DNA from: Balanoglossus misakiensis
Taxonomy: Eukaryota > Animalia > Hemichordata
DNA length: 64,000 nt
Reading direction: 5' to 3'
NCBI GenBank assembly: GCA_040954595.2
Contig: CM082589.2
Coordinates: 6,631,186-6,695,185 of the forward strand
Below are positions 29,256 through 44,000 of the stretch, piece by piece; the first letter of the stretch is position 1, and each line of letters opens with the position of its first letter. A program made the position numbers and the translations under genes. The notes beneath the pieces are model-generated. The model saw nothing but the letters and a program-made list of their open reading frames with translations, searched no databases and was not told where the DNA came from.

Positions 29256-31899
29256 GTAAGTGTGACAAAATATTTTATTTATATCTAAAGATGTGTTTTC
29301 TCTTTTGATTGTCGATATAAAAACGTAAAAATTCAATAAGTCTGCCTGTCAAACGGCTTGATGTTGGATATGTAACCGTGTCACTGCCTCACTCAAGTCG
29401 TGTACACTATGGAATACGGAAGCTGTGTACTCAAGTTGTACACTGACGTTCATAACATATACAAACAAAGGCACACCATCGTATGTCATTTTGCGTTTCA
29501 CAAATACACCGGAAAGTGTTTTGTTTTTATTACAGTAAGTAGTCCTGACATTTTCTTTCTTTTAAACACTCCTAGTCCCCTACTGCTTTCATTCGCACGG
29601 CGATTCTATATTTTATTGATTTGTTTCGGCTCAAGTAAAAGGGACGAGCCCATGTACATTTCATTTTATGTTCAAGCTCAGATATATACACGGATGACAC
29701 TCGGAGACGGTAGGGTAATAATTTACGAGATTTGCAAGGGTGTTTACATCGTGTCTGTCCACCCCGATCTCCGAGAAAGTTAAATTTACGAACGCGATTC
29801 CCTCTGTATTGACCTCAGAGCGGACCTGGACTGGAGCCCAATTATATTTTTTTTGGTAAAATGGCAACAAATATTATTGATGTTGTGGTCTAGATTCATC
29901 ACAAACAGAATAATTATTACCGGCCAAAGCAAAGGCACTGATAGATTTTTGCGGTAGGTAAATGTGCGGTTGGATTTGTGAACACACCCACCGCACTGTA
30001 ATGCTACGTTGCAGACAACATAAAATGTAACACGATCGTCATACTCCACGTATATTTACTTGCGAAAAAGGTCAGAACATGCCGACAAAGTGTCCAAATA
30101 AAACAGATACGTGTGAGTATCCTTGTTAAAATCTTGTTGTAATGTAAAGACGGTATAATATGTCGGTTCTTCTGCCTGCCAGCGAATTTAACTAATCAAC
30201 ATAAAATCCCCACAAGCCTGCTTTAATTGTGAAATATATCATGTGTGATAAAGATTGCAGGTATGTCTATAAAAAGATGTGCAGAGAAAAATATGGGCTG
30301 CAGCATTAACATTTTTCTGTAAACTTTACATGTTTACTACATTATCCAAGTGTCATGGGAGTAAATTGAAAGCCACGAAGTTCAAGTGAAAATCAATTTC
30401 TTGTTTTGTAATGATATTGACCTACATCTTGTTGTGGACCTCATTATGTTACAACAAATTACAATGGCTAACAGAGAGTTGTAACTACTATTGCGATGCC
30501 CCTTAAAATTCAATGATTTTTTTTGACAACTTGAAGTAAATACATACTTTTCTATTTAACTTTGCAAAGTGTGATATTCATGAAATACAATGGTAAACAA
30601 AAGGCATGATTACAGTTTAATATTTGCATATTCATGACATGTTAAACCTATGAACATTGTTCAGATGCTCTATTGTTCTGGACAATATTGTTTTATTAAT
30701 TGTATAAAGCTATTTGGAAAAAAAATCTTTTGATAATTTATGCAACATAAAGTCACAAAACAAAATGTCTTCATTATCATATTCATTTATGTACATTATT
30801 TTCTGTATCATATTATTTAAAATCAATAAAAACATTTCATTATTGTTATGAAAGAATATGTCCAGGGACTCTAATTTTCTTTTATTTATAACATGTACAT
30901 GCAAGAATATACTTTGTAAAATGAAATTCTTATGATAATTTTCAAAAATTTCATGTTTGTGCATGTTTTTGAAATTTTATCGAGAACATGTATGTGCAAG
31001 GCTACATATCATTTGTAAAATGAAATTTCAATGGATTTGTCTGAAATTCGATTTAAAACTATGATATTTGAAAAAAAAATGTTTCCAGGTTTATAGTCGG
31101 TGCCTTTTATATTTATGACAATTTAATAATAGGTTCAGCATTCAGAAAATTTCCCAGCTGTTGTCAGTCTTTTCTTATCAATGTGTCACATGTTTCAGAT
31201 TTTGTGTTCATTTGTAGGTTGATTTGAGTTTGCATCAAAAAGGAATAAGTGGCCCGCTTGCTTGCAGCCATTGCATATATAATTCACACTTTAAAAAATG
31301 ATTAGATCATAAAAAAAAATTTGCTATTGTCATTTTTGTCACCTTTGTGTTGAGGGACTATGTTTGCCCAAAATATATTTGCTCATTCTTCAACAGTCAC
31401 CACATTTGGCAAACAGAGAAATTCTAACATGAGGGTTATTTTGGTTAAAAATATTCCCTAGTTTGGACTAAAATACTGTGTCTATTTTCCAAGTTCTGAA
31501 ATAGATACTGTGTCCGTGTTAAAAATTGGAAAATAAAAAGTTGTTTTTTTATATCCAAAATAACACCATATACACAGTTTGTACGTTTTGCTATTTGCCA
31601 TGTTACATGCCTTGAAGACGCAGAGAATGTAATGCTCTCATCAGTTGTAATTGTAAATCTACAAAAACTGGGCTACTTGGAAAGGAAAAATTTGACAAAG
31701 TACCACTGTCATCACCACTATACATGTGCAAATTTTCATAATTTATGTCAAATCAGAGATATCTTTCAAGTATGTCTCCAGGAATGAATTAATGATATTC
31801 TATTTTATTTCTCCAGGAAGCACCTCCTCCATAATGAGAACACTATTAAGGATTGATTAGTTAAGTCAGCACTCAGTGGAGCACAGTTATTCGGCCAAC

Positions 31900-32088
31900 A
31901 TGGCTGATGGTTATCAACCACTGGAATCAGAAACGACCAGTCTGGTGGACAACACTGCCAAGAGAGACAACGGAGGCAAGCGGGAGGTCGAATGGAGCAA
32001 GTTCGGTCTGAGCGACGATGTGAAACAGAATGAAAACGGTTACCAACAAGGGGGACCGCATGTACAGGAGTTATTTGATGAACAGCAG
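31900..32088 (+). CDS. SLC12A8: SLC12A8 first coding exon
   Basis: ccaacATGg start; ends VQELFDEQQ|gtatgt; acceptor at 31817. Confidence 0.85.
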
Positions 32089-35000
32089 GTATGTTGTGGT
32101 GGAAAAATAATATTTTCCTCTGAAGTAGTGTCATATTGGTATTATAATTCATAAAGTCAACTGGGTTAAGGAATTTTCTGGATCAACCGGAAGTTTTGAT
32201 TGGTGAAATCTACGGAATGAGACAACCAACATCATATTTAAAAAGAAATTGAATATTAACACATACACTCTGACAGCTAAAATGATATTTTTTACCATAC
32301 ATGATAAATTAATATATTGAATTTTACTACCTGTCTCCTCTACAAACCAGGCATTTTCCGGGGATGCAAGCATGTCAGATTCCATGCTTTCCGGAGTATT
32401 ACTCTTAGTCATGGAAAGTGCCTGGAATGTAATCAGATTACCCACTGGTTGACTGCATGATTGTCCTTGTAAACTACAGTAGGATTTTAGTCAGCGTTTC
32501 CATCCTGTAATCTCCATCACAGAATAGATTAGAGTACACTCACTGTACAGTTTAATTGCTCTCTTTGTCTCAAATATTCATAGATAATGTTGAAACATAT
32601 CACTAGTGTGAAACTATAAAGTGATTGTCTTGTTGCCAGACCTGACCATAGGTGTGTGAATTTTGCATACTGATCTCCATCAGATAACAGTTTGCGTGTA
32701 GAAAATTATTCTACAAGGCCGTTTTGCTAAATCAATGTTGCTGCCTATTATCTAGAAATGCATTAAAACTCCTGCTAATGGCTGTATTACGTGATGTTAT
32801 TCAAGTGAGTCGTTCCTTAACAAATTTGTATTCCTCCGCAAAATTGTCAATATTTGTGAGTCTGAAATAATGAAATGAAAAGGATTCCTGGGGAATATTT
32901 TTTTATTAGTTACCACAGATGTGGAAATATAACCCTTGAAAATTGATTTATGATTTAATAAAAAGTGATAAACGATTTTTCTCTGACAGCAAGAACAATT
33001 TTTGATGTGCCGGTATGGTAGACTAATAATGTTGTTGGGTCATGATAATTTAATGAGTTGCTGATGGAGAGTTTTGTTTCAGTGGCAGAGTAGAAATTTA
33101 AGTAATGAGAGCAAATTTCCAGAAAGGAAGGAAAAGGAGGTAAACATCTGCATCTACAGGAAAAAATTATAACATTGAAATTCAAATTCAAATCAGAAAC
33201 GGCCTTAACTATCACTGAGAAGTCACATGACAAAGGTTATTGACATGTTGTGTACTGTAATTTGAGTCGCTGTAAACTATGGGGAATGCAAAAATAAATA
33301 TGAATTACAATGACAAACAGACAATAGGAAGAATTAAAATAACAAGAGGCGTCTATTAATAAATTTGACAATGTGCAAACTGTTGGCTGGATTAATGAAT
33401 TGGTCTACTGGTTAAGAAATGAATGATGAGTAAGCGAAATATGTTTACTTTTCAATGTCATTATGGGTAAACACCTGTTGATTAAGTTTAGAAATCAAAA
33501 TGATTGATGTTTTCAGAACATTGATCTTTCGGGAAACTATCATTCAATCAAGTTGAAAAGTCCTGTTTCATCAACAGAAATCTCATATCCATATGGCAAA
33601 GAATGCTAGGATGTAATCAGAAACTGAGTTTTCATTTCTAATGTTTGTCCTCATCTAGTTGACATATCCATGACATGTATATGTGACTCAATTGAGAGTT
33701 TACAATGCATTGTAGATGGTCTACCTTATTGGAAGACCCCAAATAGCTATGAACACACGGTGTGCATTCTAACCATCTTGTGCCGTGATTGAATGAATGA
33801 TGTCTGATGTTTCCCTAACACAACATCAGTATTTGCAATTCCCCGAACTAGGTTTACAGCCAATCTTGCTAATGGCTAGATACTTTTAGCAGTAAAAACG
33901 ATAATGATCGTCACATTCAGACAGTTCAGTGCTCCTATCTAATTCCACCACTAACTCGGATAGCCGTATGACCAAGGACATGGGACAATCTGTGCAAATG
34001 TGTAATCCAGGAGTCAGAAAGATATTTCAGGCGTTATAATCACAGATGCAATTAGACAAAAGAATGAAAAAAACATCTTGTGTGAAATAATCAATTATGA
34101 AACCATACGGTTACAAATTGACTGCTGTCCGTACACACAACAAAATTACATATGCATGAGACCGAGAGTATAATGGCCTGATGTTACACCGTTGCAATTC
34201 ATTAGGCTACAAGCAATAATGGTGATTCATATCAATAAACATTGAGCTATGGTAATCTGAAAACGACAGTCTCTGTGAGTGAAAAATACATTTTGTGAAA
34301 AATACATTTCACTCAGGTAAACATGAAATGAGATCATTGCCGAAATGCTAGCTGTTATTATTATAAAAACAGTACGCAAGTGGAAAAGTAATGACCCTAG
34401 GTAAATATTGAGTGAGATCACATGCAGTTATGTTATACCAATGCAAATAGTATGCTAGCATCAGTGGGTGGAGAAAATAGCAATGAACTTAGGTATATTC
34501 TGTGTTTTTTCACTATGGCAGCCTCATTCATTTATTCATTCATTTAAAACACAGCTTGTGAAATGGCCAGATACAGAAAGCATAGATGGGCGTTGTTTTT
34601 TTACCAGCTGCCATCCCCTGACCATCTACACACCACTGCAGAAATATTATCATCAACTCTGTTTACAAATGCTGTCTTTTTAATGTTGGTGTACCGGTAT
34701 AATTAAATCTATTTTGTGTATTTATATCACAAGACCTCCAAAAATAACTGCTGCTCCTCAAGGAATTACAATGAGCAGGAAAATTCGATATATCACCAGC
34801 CGATATTTAGTACATACTTAAAGCACGCATGTTCGCTTTTCCATGAATCATGAATATTTTAATTAAATTTGATTTTAAATCACATTAAAATTTCTAATAG
34901 GTTCAAGTTTCTGCCGAATTTCAAATTAGATTAATTAATGAGAGGCCCTGTCAGGTTGTCATTTTTTTGATAAAATTGAAGTTTGCAGCTATGTAGCTTC

Positions 35001-38000
35001 TGATAAATTATTCATACATGCTACTGTTACTGCAGGATCCACACACCTGAGATTTCACAGAGTAATGGCTCAGGTCAGAAAGGTTAGAAACCACACCAGA
35101 AAAAAATATTTCCATGGTAACAGTCAAGTATTCCCAGACAGATACTGGAGGCAACCGTTTTGAATAAAGTTGTGATGATATGAAATGCAATCAATATTAC
35201 CGGTACATCAATATTCATTGTGGTATACCGGTAACTGTGTACGTTTGATTTCTGACGTAACAAAATTTGCAATTTTCTACGTACTATTTCTAGAAATTAT
35301 ACTACATGTACTTCTAAAAATAGTAGAAATAATCAAATTTAGGTGCTTCATTACAAAATGCCTGCATTTAATTTTCTACTGCATGATTTATTAATGATTC
35401 GATTTGCATAATTTATATCAAAAAAAGGCTATTTTGTAATTCAAGATGTTATGTAACCCCAATATATTTGATTGAATTGAACTTTGCATTAAAGAGAATG
35501 CTGGTGTAATTTTGTGCCATCCATGCTAATTTTAGGTATCAATTCATTACTGTATTTGTTGTTTACATACATCTATGATGTCATTGTACACTGATTGTTT
35601 CTATGGTCACTGATTGTTTCTATGGTAACAGCCACATAAGCGAGATCAGGTTGTCATCTGATGATGAGTATTCAAAGACATAAATAATGAATTCTGTAAC
35701 TGTGAAATATTATTTCTTTGGTAATATTGTGCCAGAGATCTGTTATCAAATCTGGCACGTTGAATTGTTGAAAGGGCATTGCAGGTCCTTGTGACCTTTT
35801 CATAGTTCTATAAAGGACTCTGGAATTATGGGTAAGAAAGTTTTCAAGGTCACTAAGTCTGGAAGCATTATTCCCATGATTCAAATTACATGACTTTTAC
35901 AAAGCTCTCAACTGTGTTATCAGAAATAATATTTTTATGTTGTAATGTATCAGTGGTTTCTTACTAGATGTGCTCATTTTATGACCCAGTCAATCTTCTA
36001 AAGACTGGTTACATTGATCCAATTTCATATCCATGCTTTCATGCGACAATTTTGTTGTATTAAACCTGTACGGAAATTCAGAGAGCCATTGACTAGACTG
36101 TTGTGTAAGTTTTAACTTTTAAGACCCATCCAGACAGTGACTCAAGATCATGAAGTTTGTACAGACAACAATAGATATTGACATTCCCTTTGGTGTAAGA
36201 AAGCACGATTTAGTGGAAAGGATGTGATAGTTTACTCCACAATGAGAGCCTGGTACTATTAACTGTAATCAAATATTTGGACAGGTCCTATTGAAATGAT
36301 CAAAATCATAAAACAAGTTTTATTGATTGTTTCATCTTTTTGGTGAAATAGTAGGTCTACACTATAAGATTATACTCCAAATGATTCTCTTGGAGTTCCA
36401 TAATAAAAATGAAATCCTTGTGGCCTAATTAGCCTTGGGACAGAAACTCAGGATTCGTTAATACGGGATCAAGACAAAAGATTTGGTGAAAACAAATGAG
36501 ATTTGGTGAAAACATTCCTACATAATTTTGGAGGTATAAGGCCAGCTAATTCCCAAATGTAAATGAAAGGTTGTTTTTTTTGTGCAAGATAGATAATTCT
36601 TCTATGTCTTTCAAACATACTCTTTGTACAAAATCAGACTACCTACGCTCATGTATATTGTATTTATAATAGGTTTTGTTGCAACTGTTTTGTAAATGGC
36701 ATAATCCCCTTCTTTGATTACAGTATTAATTGCTCATCAACAATGCAAATGGAACAAAGATATGAAAAAAGGTCAGTTGACCTTCCACGAACAAATAGAT
36801 CTCCCGTAACTTTTCAAGGACATTCAAGAAACTTCAGATTCTTGAGTCGTCTATTCTGATTTTCTTTTAAGACTGTGATTATCACATTCTCCTGATTGAT
36901 TGTAGTGACAGTTGTAATTGTGATGATATGATAGTCTTGATAAGAAGGGAAAAAATCTTGTTGATGGTTAAATGATAAAACCAAGATTTTGACTGCTGGA
37001 GAACTTGAAAGAACGCGATATGAATATGTGCACAACTGACGGACATATCATGTATGTATTCACATGATGGAATTTTCATATCATGTGAACGTGATGTATT
37101 TCATGGCCAGGTCACAAAATGTCATCATGACCTTCCTATTTCTTGTCTTGTTTAATATTTTGTCTTTTCTGTTAAATTGACTACCGGTACCTGCATAAAC
37201 AAATGTCCTTGTTACTTCAATAAATACGTGATCAATAGAGTGAGATAAAGCCACTGCCTATTCACAGTCAAAAGTTTGGTTAACTCCCATTGTTTTCTAT
37301 GGTATGTTTGGACCTCTGTACCAGAAAACAGGGGTGGCGGCGTGAAATCACCCTACTATACATGTTGTTTGCGTAATCAATATTTGAGAAGTGAAAATAT
37401 GAAAAATCCATTTCTGTAATATGCAGTTTCACAGAAATGTATATTAGCATTCCTAGAATCATTACATAAGTAAGCATTATTCCATGATCATGAAGCAAAA
37501 AAATAATTTCATAAATGTTTCAAATAGTTAGCAAATGAAAAGTTGTATCAGTTTCAGCTGGGCACTCCCCTTAGATATATCTATAATTATTTCAGGCCAA
37601 GGTCACAATATGTTAAGGTGAAGTATATGTGAGAATTTTAAAGATATGTAAATTTATGTGTCTGATTTATAAATACATATAAACTAGTCTGTTTCATTGA
37701 CCAAACAACCATGACCCTGCATACTGAGTTAGGGGGCTGTAGATCTGCAGACCAATTTATTTGGTAGGTTAGCTAGTGATCCTACAGGTGGTTGTGAATA
37801 CTTCTTGTATGTCTGCCAGGTCTGTCTCTGTGTCTTTCTGTCTGTCTGTCTCTTTCGTGTGCCTAGTGTCTCTCTCCTCTGTCTGCCTCTCTCCTGTCTC
37901 TCTGTCTCCTTTCCTCCCACCCCTTTCTCCGCCCCCTCCCTCCCACCTCCCCCCACCCCCACCCCCACCCCCAGACAGGCAAGTGAATCTGTATATTACA

Positions 38001-41000
38001 ATGTATACCAGCACATTAATTAATGCCTACAGTTGACCTTCAGTAGTGGAATTCAGGTAGCCCTTGACAGTTGCTCAGTGTAACCACCAGTTGTAATGTA
38101 ACAAGGTCTTGTAACAAGGTCATCTCCAAAGAATTTGTCACGATTTTGGGCTAACATGGGAAACAATAAATATTATATAGGCTTTCTGGTCATAAGCAAG
38201 TGGTAGTCATTGTGTGAGTACATTACATGTATGTTTAGTATGTGTGTTGTATGACGGTATGTACATGAATGTATAATGTGTCTGTACATAGATCTGCAAA
38301 GATTTTGGATGATGTGTTTTATAATTAAGCTTTTGTTTAAATATATTATTTTGATTTATGTTTTATTATCTAATTAAAGCCTCATTGTGTTCCATAGTTT
38401 AACCCACACGATGTCATCGAACTGGCAGTATTAAATCGCCCCACCTTTGTGCATGCATTTGTAACAGATGGTCATTCATGTACCGGTACAACATGTTTAA
38501 ACTGTAGCTGGATTATTTATGTTAAATTCCTGATCCATGTAACCATCAGAGTGGTACCAGCATTATTGTCTGGGTTTTATTTTATCAAATAGCTAGTTTG
38601 TTTCTGCTTGTATGCAGGTTGCATTTTACTGAATACTAATAGGGGAGTTTTATTACTGTGTGTGATAATGGCTAGCTGTAACATAATATCTCCATATTGC
38701 TATAAAAGCGGTACGTGTTATGCTAAATACTATTGTAGCAGTTTCAGCTCACCTTTACCAAAAACACCATATTATAAAGTTCTTTATTGAAAATTCATAA
38801 TATTTCCTAGATCTTTAAATTATGAAATTCTCAGATTACAAAAAAAGAGAATAAGTCGTATTTTCACCAAAATATTGAACTTTGAAAATTAGCAGATGAT
38901 ACAGTTATGGACGGCTGTTGTCATTATGAATATTTGGGTAACTCAGTTAGTAATACATGGAATATTTCAGTTGAAAGGGTTTGCCAGTCTTTCCCCATTG
39001 CCAAGGTGTGGTTTACATATTGTCAGAATCATCTGTGTGTAATCAGGTGCCATGTGTGGAATTCCGTGGATGAGATGAAAAAAAAAGATAAAAATATTAT
39101 TAGAAGTGACAGATTACTGTCTCCCATTAACGGAAGTGACATATTGTACATCCATTTGCATAAAAATTGTAACCCCAAAACAGCTAGACTGTGATCTATC
39201 TGCTTGTTTTCAAATTCCTAACCAAATGTCTCTGTGCAAAATTTGAGTTGGAATCTCTACCATCAATACATTGTATATAATAGTGATGGCTCTTCCAGTC
39301 TTCTCTCAACATTTCTAGCCAAAGGTGAAAAGGTTTATGAAATGTCAAAAGAGATTTTCCTTGCAAGATAAAGAAAACCACGGTGACATTTACAAGTTTT
39401 CTTCCCATCCATTAACAACATCACAGTCAAGATCACCAGCGCTGATTCAAATGTACTTGACAGATTGAGTGAGTGTCATGATATTACTGCTATTTGAGTA
39501 ATGATTAAAAAAATTTATATTTGGAATCAGAAAATGCCAGATGAAATGTATCACTGGGCGTGGACATGATCAAATTTTTTTTTTATACCAATATACCATT
39601 TTAATTTTCACTGATGAAGAAGATAAGGGGCCACCATCACGAAGCACCTGAGGAAAAAAATTAAATTGAAAATTGCTGCCGTATGCTGTGTGTGCTCTAG
39701 GTAAAAAAAATAAACTAGTAATAGTATTCCAGAAAACCAGCTGTTGGATGCCCCAATTTCATTCATGTTCACAGAAATTGATAGAAAATGTAATTAATAT
39801 AACACAAGATTTGAAATTATTGTTTTTCTGAAAAAATATAAGGTTGATTCTGCCGTGCACCTAATATTGCTTGAGAGCTGCTTAGGGATGGATTCACAAT
39901 TAAACTGATTCCTTTGAAAATAACTGACTGACAGTAAAGAGAGTTATTTAATGTAGAAATTACCAAAGACTGAGTAGAACACCTATGAATATTACAAATG
40001 AGGCTACAGAGTTCAGAACAATTGACCTGAAACTTCAACAGTAATTCAATCAATTATCATATACTGCCATGAAAGAATTTAGGTTACATCCGGTTCAACC
40101 CCTCAATTGTTGAAATATTTGCTCATATTTTAATCTTCTTGTCCCTCTCCCACCTATTTCTGAGTGCATTGGCCCGGCCAAACCATTGGAAACTGTAGGG
40201 TTGGACCACTTTTCTGGTCGCGATAGGATTGTCAGTGTACCATGGCATGTAAAAAGTCTAGTGAAAGCAGATTTTGAGATTAATGAACTATACCGTACGT
40301 TCACTCCAGCATCAAGTAGAAAATGTCAAATGCGTTCAAAGTTAAAACGGTAAACAAGTGTCATCTTTTGATATTTTGTGACAAGTGACACTTCAAAATT
40401 TTAAATGCATTCAGGATTTAATATCAAAAGAGTTCAAACAGCCCTTAAAAGTAATTTCCATTATTTGAAAAATATTGTGAAAATTCAGGTTGTGAGCTCA
40501 GAGGGTCATGTAGATAATGTGTGTCCTGTGGAGAGGGACAAACCATGCACAAAATCCATATGCACTCATAATTGAAAACATGCGAACATATGTTTCAGAG
40601 TACAGAAACGTTGTCTCTAAATTGCTTGTCTGTGTTAATATTCCAATCCCATGTTTTAAAATTTCCTTTCATAGTTATCTCTTTTTTCGTATGTTATCGC
40701 AATGATAAATGTTGCTGTTCGAAAATTTTGATAATATAGAGAGATGAGTAAGGCCACCTTCTGTCCGTTTCCCATGTCTGTGTGTATTTTTTATCCTGTG
40801 AATAACCTGGTTACAGCCGTGACTGGTGGAAAAACATTGGTGAAATTGCTATCGTTACATCTGCATCAGAAAAATAATTTTAATTGACTGTGGGCAACAG
40901 TATTGCATGTACAAATCGTTCCTATTTTTATATACTGTACAAAACAAAGACAGTAGCAATAATTGGACGAGTTTTTGCGTAGAATACTGAGATACATTTT

Positions 41001-44000
41001 TTTAGATGGAAATGCATTTTTCTTAATTTTTGTGATGTTAGACTCTTGTCATGTGATGTACCAGTATATAAATCCCTCTACATTCATTTTGACATGAAGC
41101 ATGTTGTTATTCTCCTTCCCAATGTTCAGGCACTGTTAAATAGAGTTCCACTGGTAGATAGAGTTTCTCAAATATAGATGATGAAATAAAAAAAATGACA
41201 GAACTCAGAACAGCTATCACCATGTCGGACATGTGATAACAACATTATCTTTGTGTTACCATAAATTCTACTTTGTACTTTATCAATTTAACTCATGTGA
41301 TCCAATTTTGTTAGTTGTCAAGACTAATCTTCTCTTCTCAATTGTGGGACGAAGTCTGGCATTATGTAAAAGTAAACGTGATAGGGTTTACAAGTGAAAT
41401 ACCAGACAAATTCTTCAAATTTCAAAAATTGATATAGAAAAATTGAATGAGACATCATGGTGTAATGGTCCTTGTATGACACAGTCTCCAAAATTAAAAT
41501 TTTATTTCCTAAATCATCAATTTCCACTTGTAATAAAATTATTTACCCTGTTGATGCATAAATTTATGAGGTCACATTTTCCATATAGCTCATTCATCAT
41601 TTTGACATTCTGTCATCTTAATTGATTTCCCAAATATGATATTAGATGAATGAAAATTTCTCCATAGCTGTGATGTGTGAATAAAAAAATATTTGTAACA
41701 TGTCAGTTTATTCAGTTCAAACATGAGAGGGTTGCATTAAAATTCTGATATGACATTCTATGTGTATGTGGTTTGTAGGGCATAACAGGATAGCAAATTA
41801 ACATTCAATTTCCACTCACATTAAGCCTGTAAAAGGTACATCGTGATCTTTTCCTGTCTCTCTTCCAAAGGAAATAGGAACACCATGCAAATGTCAGTTT
41901 TTGATTGATTGTTGAGATCTTTTACTTGATACAGTCAAACCTGTGTTAGTGACCACCTCTATATAGTGACCACCTCTATATAGTGGCCACTTAGTTACAG
42001 TCCCTGTACAATTTACATGTGTATAAATTAACCTGTCTATAAAGACCACCTGTCTATAAAGGCCAGTTTGGTAAAGTCCCTTGACTGGTCACTATAGACA
42101 GGTTTGACTGTATGCTGAATGATCCTATTCAGTTGTGCTTGCATAAATATATTGCCTGTACATGTAAGTTGCTAATGCTCCAGGAAGCTCAGTGCCACAT
42201 ATGTCAGTATACCGGTAGGATGAGTAGCAGTTTTTGATGATTTTTAAGGAAAATAAAAATAATATAACGGGCAATTGTCAATCACTCTACATTTCGAAAG
42301 AAAATGGTGACCACACCACAATTTGATAATCTCAGATTCTGACAAACAGTTAAACAATTCGCAGCGAAAAGGCCTCACTGACGTGGATATCAGAGTGTAT
42401 TGTGTGATTTGGGCGCCTAAAAATAGCAAAGACTGGAGCGTGCGTCATCACCAACATTAATTATTCATACTCTGTAGCTTGCTGGCATAAATTGTACATT
42501 TGAAATTACAATGCAAAGGATATCCCTACAGGTGATAACATTAAACAAGAACTGACGACGATGACAGTGCATCAGAGAGACAACATAAACACAAGTTATA
42601 ATCTTTAATATAGGCAATTCCAGGTGGATATTACAATTGTTGTTAAAGGGACAAAGTCTCTCTCTCGCTGCCCTTTTTCCATTAATTATGTTTGATACAA
42701 GACACTGGTTATGTTAATGTCAATGTGGATATATAGTGAATCAATGATCAACCACACAAAACTTCCATCCCACTTGTATGATATGAGAGTAAAAACTCGC
42801 CCAAAATGAATAAATGGTAAAGAACGATTATTCATTTTGGCGATTTTTTTCACTCTCCTGTCTATAAGAGGGATGGAAGTTGTGTGTGGTTGAACGTTCA
42901 TTCACTATATATCCACATGTAGAATAACAAACGGTGTCTTGTATCAAATATAATTAATGGAAAAAAGGGCAGCGAGAGAGAGACTTTGTCCCTTTAATGT
43001 TTTCTGTTGCTATGGGAAATTAGAACGGGGTCCTTGGGCAGATGTATACAGATGTAAGGAAATTACTTTGCACGATTCATTCACATATGTCTTCATTAAA
43101 TGTGTGCGGAGTTGAACGAGATTTGAACAGCGACTGCTAATCTTTTAAATTAAACTTGACATTAGAATGGGATTAAGCTTTCCAGTTCTCAATTGGCAGC
43201 AGAGTATAGCTTTGCAGTCGACATCCTTGTGCACTAAGTACTAGAGTTGAATTAAGTGATATTGCCCTGTTCTGAACAGAAACGGTTTTTGATCTGCCCA
43301 AGTGGTTACTGTACACTGGAGTTAGTGATTTGATCACCTGGCTATATTAAGTGTTGTTGAGGCCTAATATTCTCATCAAAGATTGAGTCAGAATATCTCC
43401 AATCATGTAGTAAAACAGTATTGTCATCAGCCTGTTATAACTGTTCCCATTCAGTAATTATAACAGCTTCTTTTAGAATTGAAATATATGTGCTGGTATT
43501 CTTATATTTCGTACATAATGCTATCCTAATGAAAGTCCTGCGACATTTTCTGTCAAAATGTCAGATTTGAACCGGGTTCCTCTGCCAAATACAAATCATC
43601 ATTTAGGAGACACATAGCAGTTTATTGTAATCCAGCTAGTTGCTCTAGCTGACTCTATATACAGGCAGTCAAGCAGTGATGTCTGTCTTGTTTGATGGTT
43701 TGGATGAAATACATGTAGTGTCCTGATCTACCCTAACATTTGATGTGTGATATTTCTGCTCAGAATTATCCTGTAAGCAGCATCCTGACTTGAAATAAAT
43801 GTCAATCTGCTCTATGCCAATGGTTTATGTGTTACAGGCACGTGTTCATCTAAGCCATCCCATAGAAGACAGAGCTTAAACGCCAATTTGCATCTCCCAT
43901 GAAACACCTGCGTACAAAAAAAAGAGAGAGATTACGTTGAACTGTACAATTCATACTGCTAATCGTGGCACTGTGACATTTACTGCAATTTGACTGTTCT

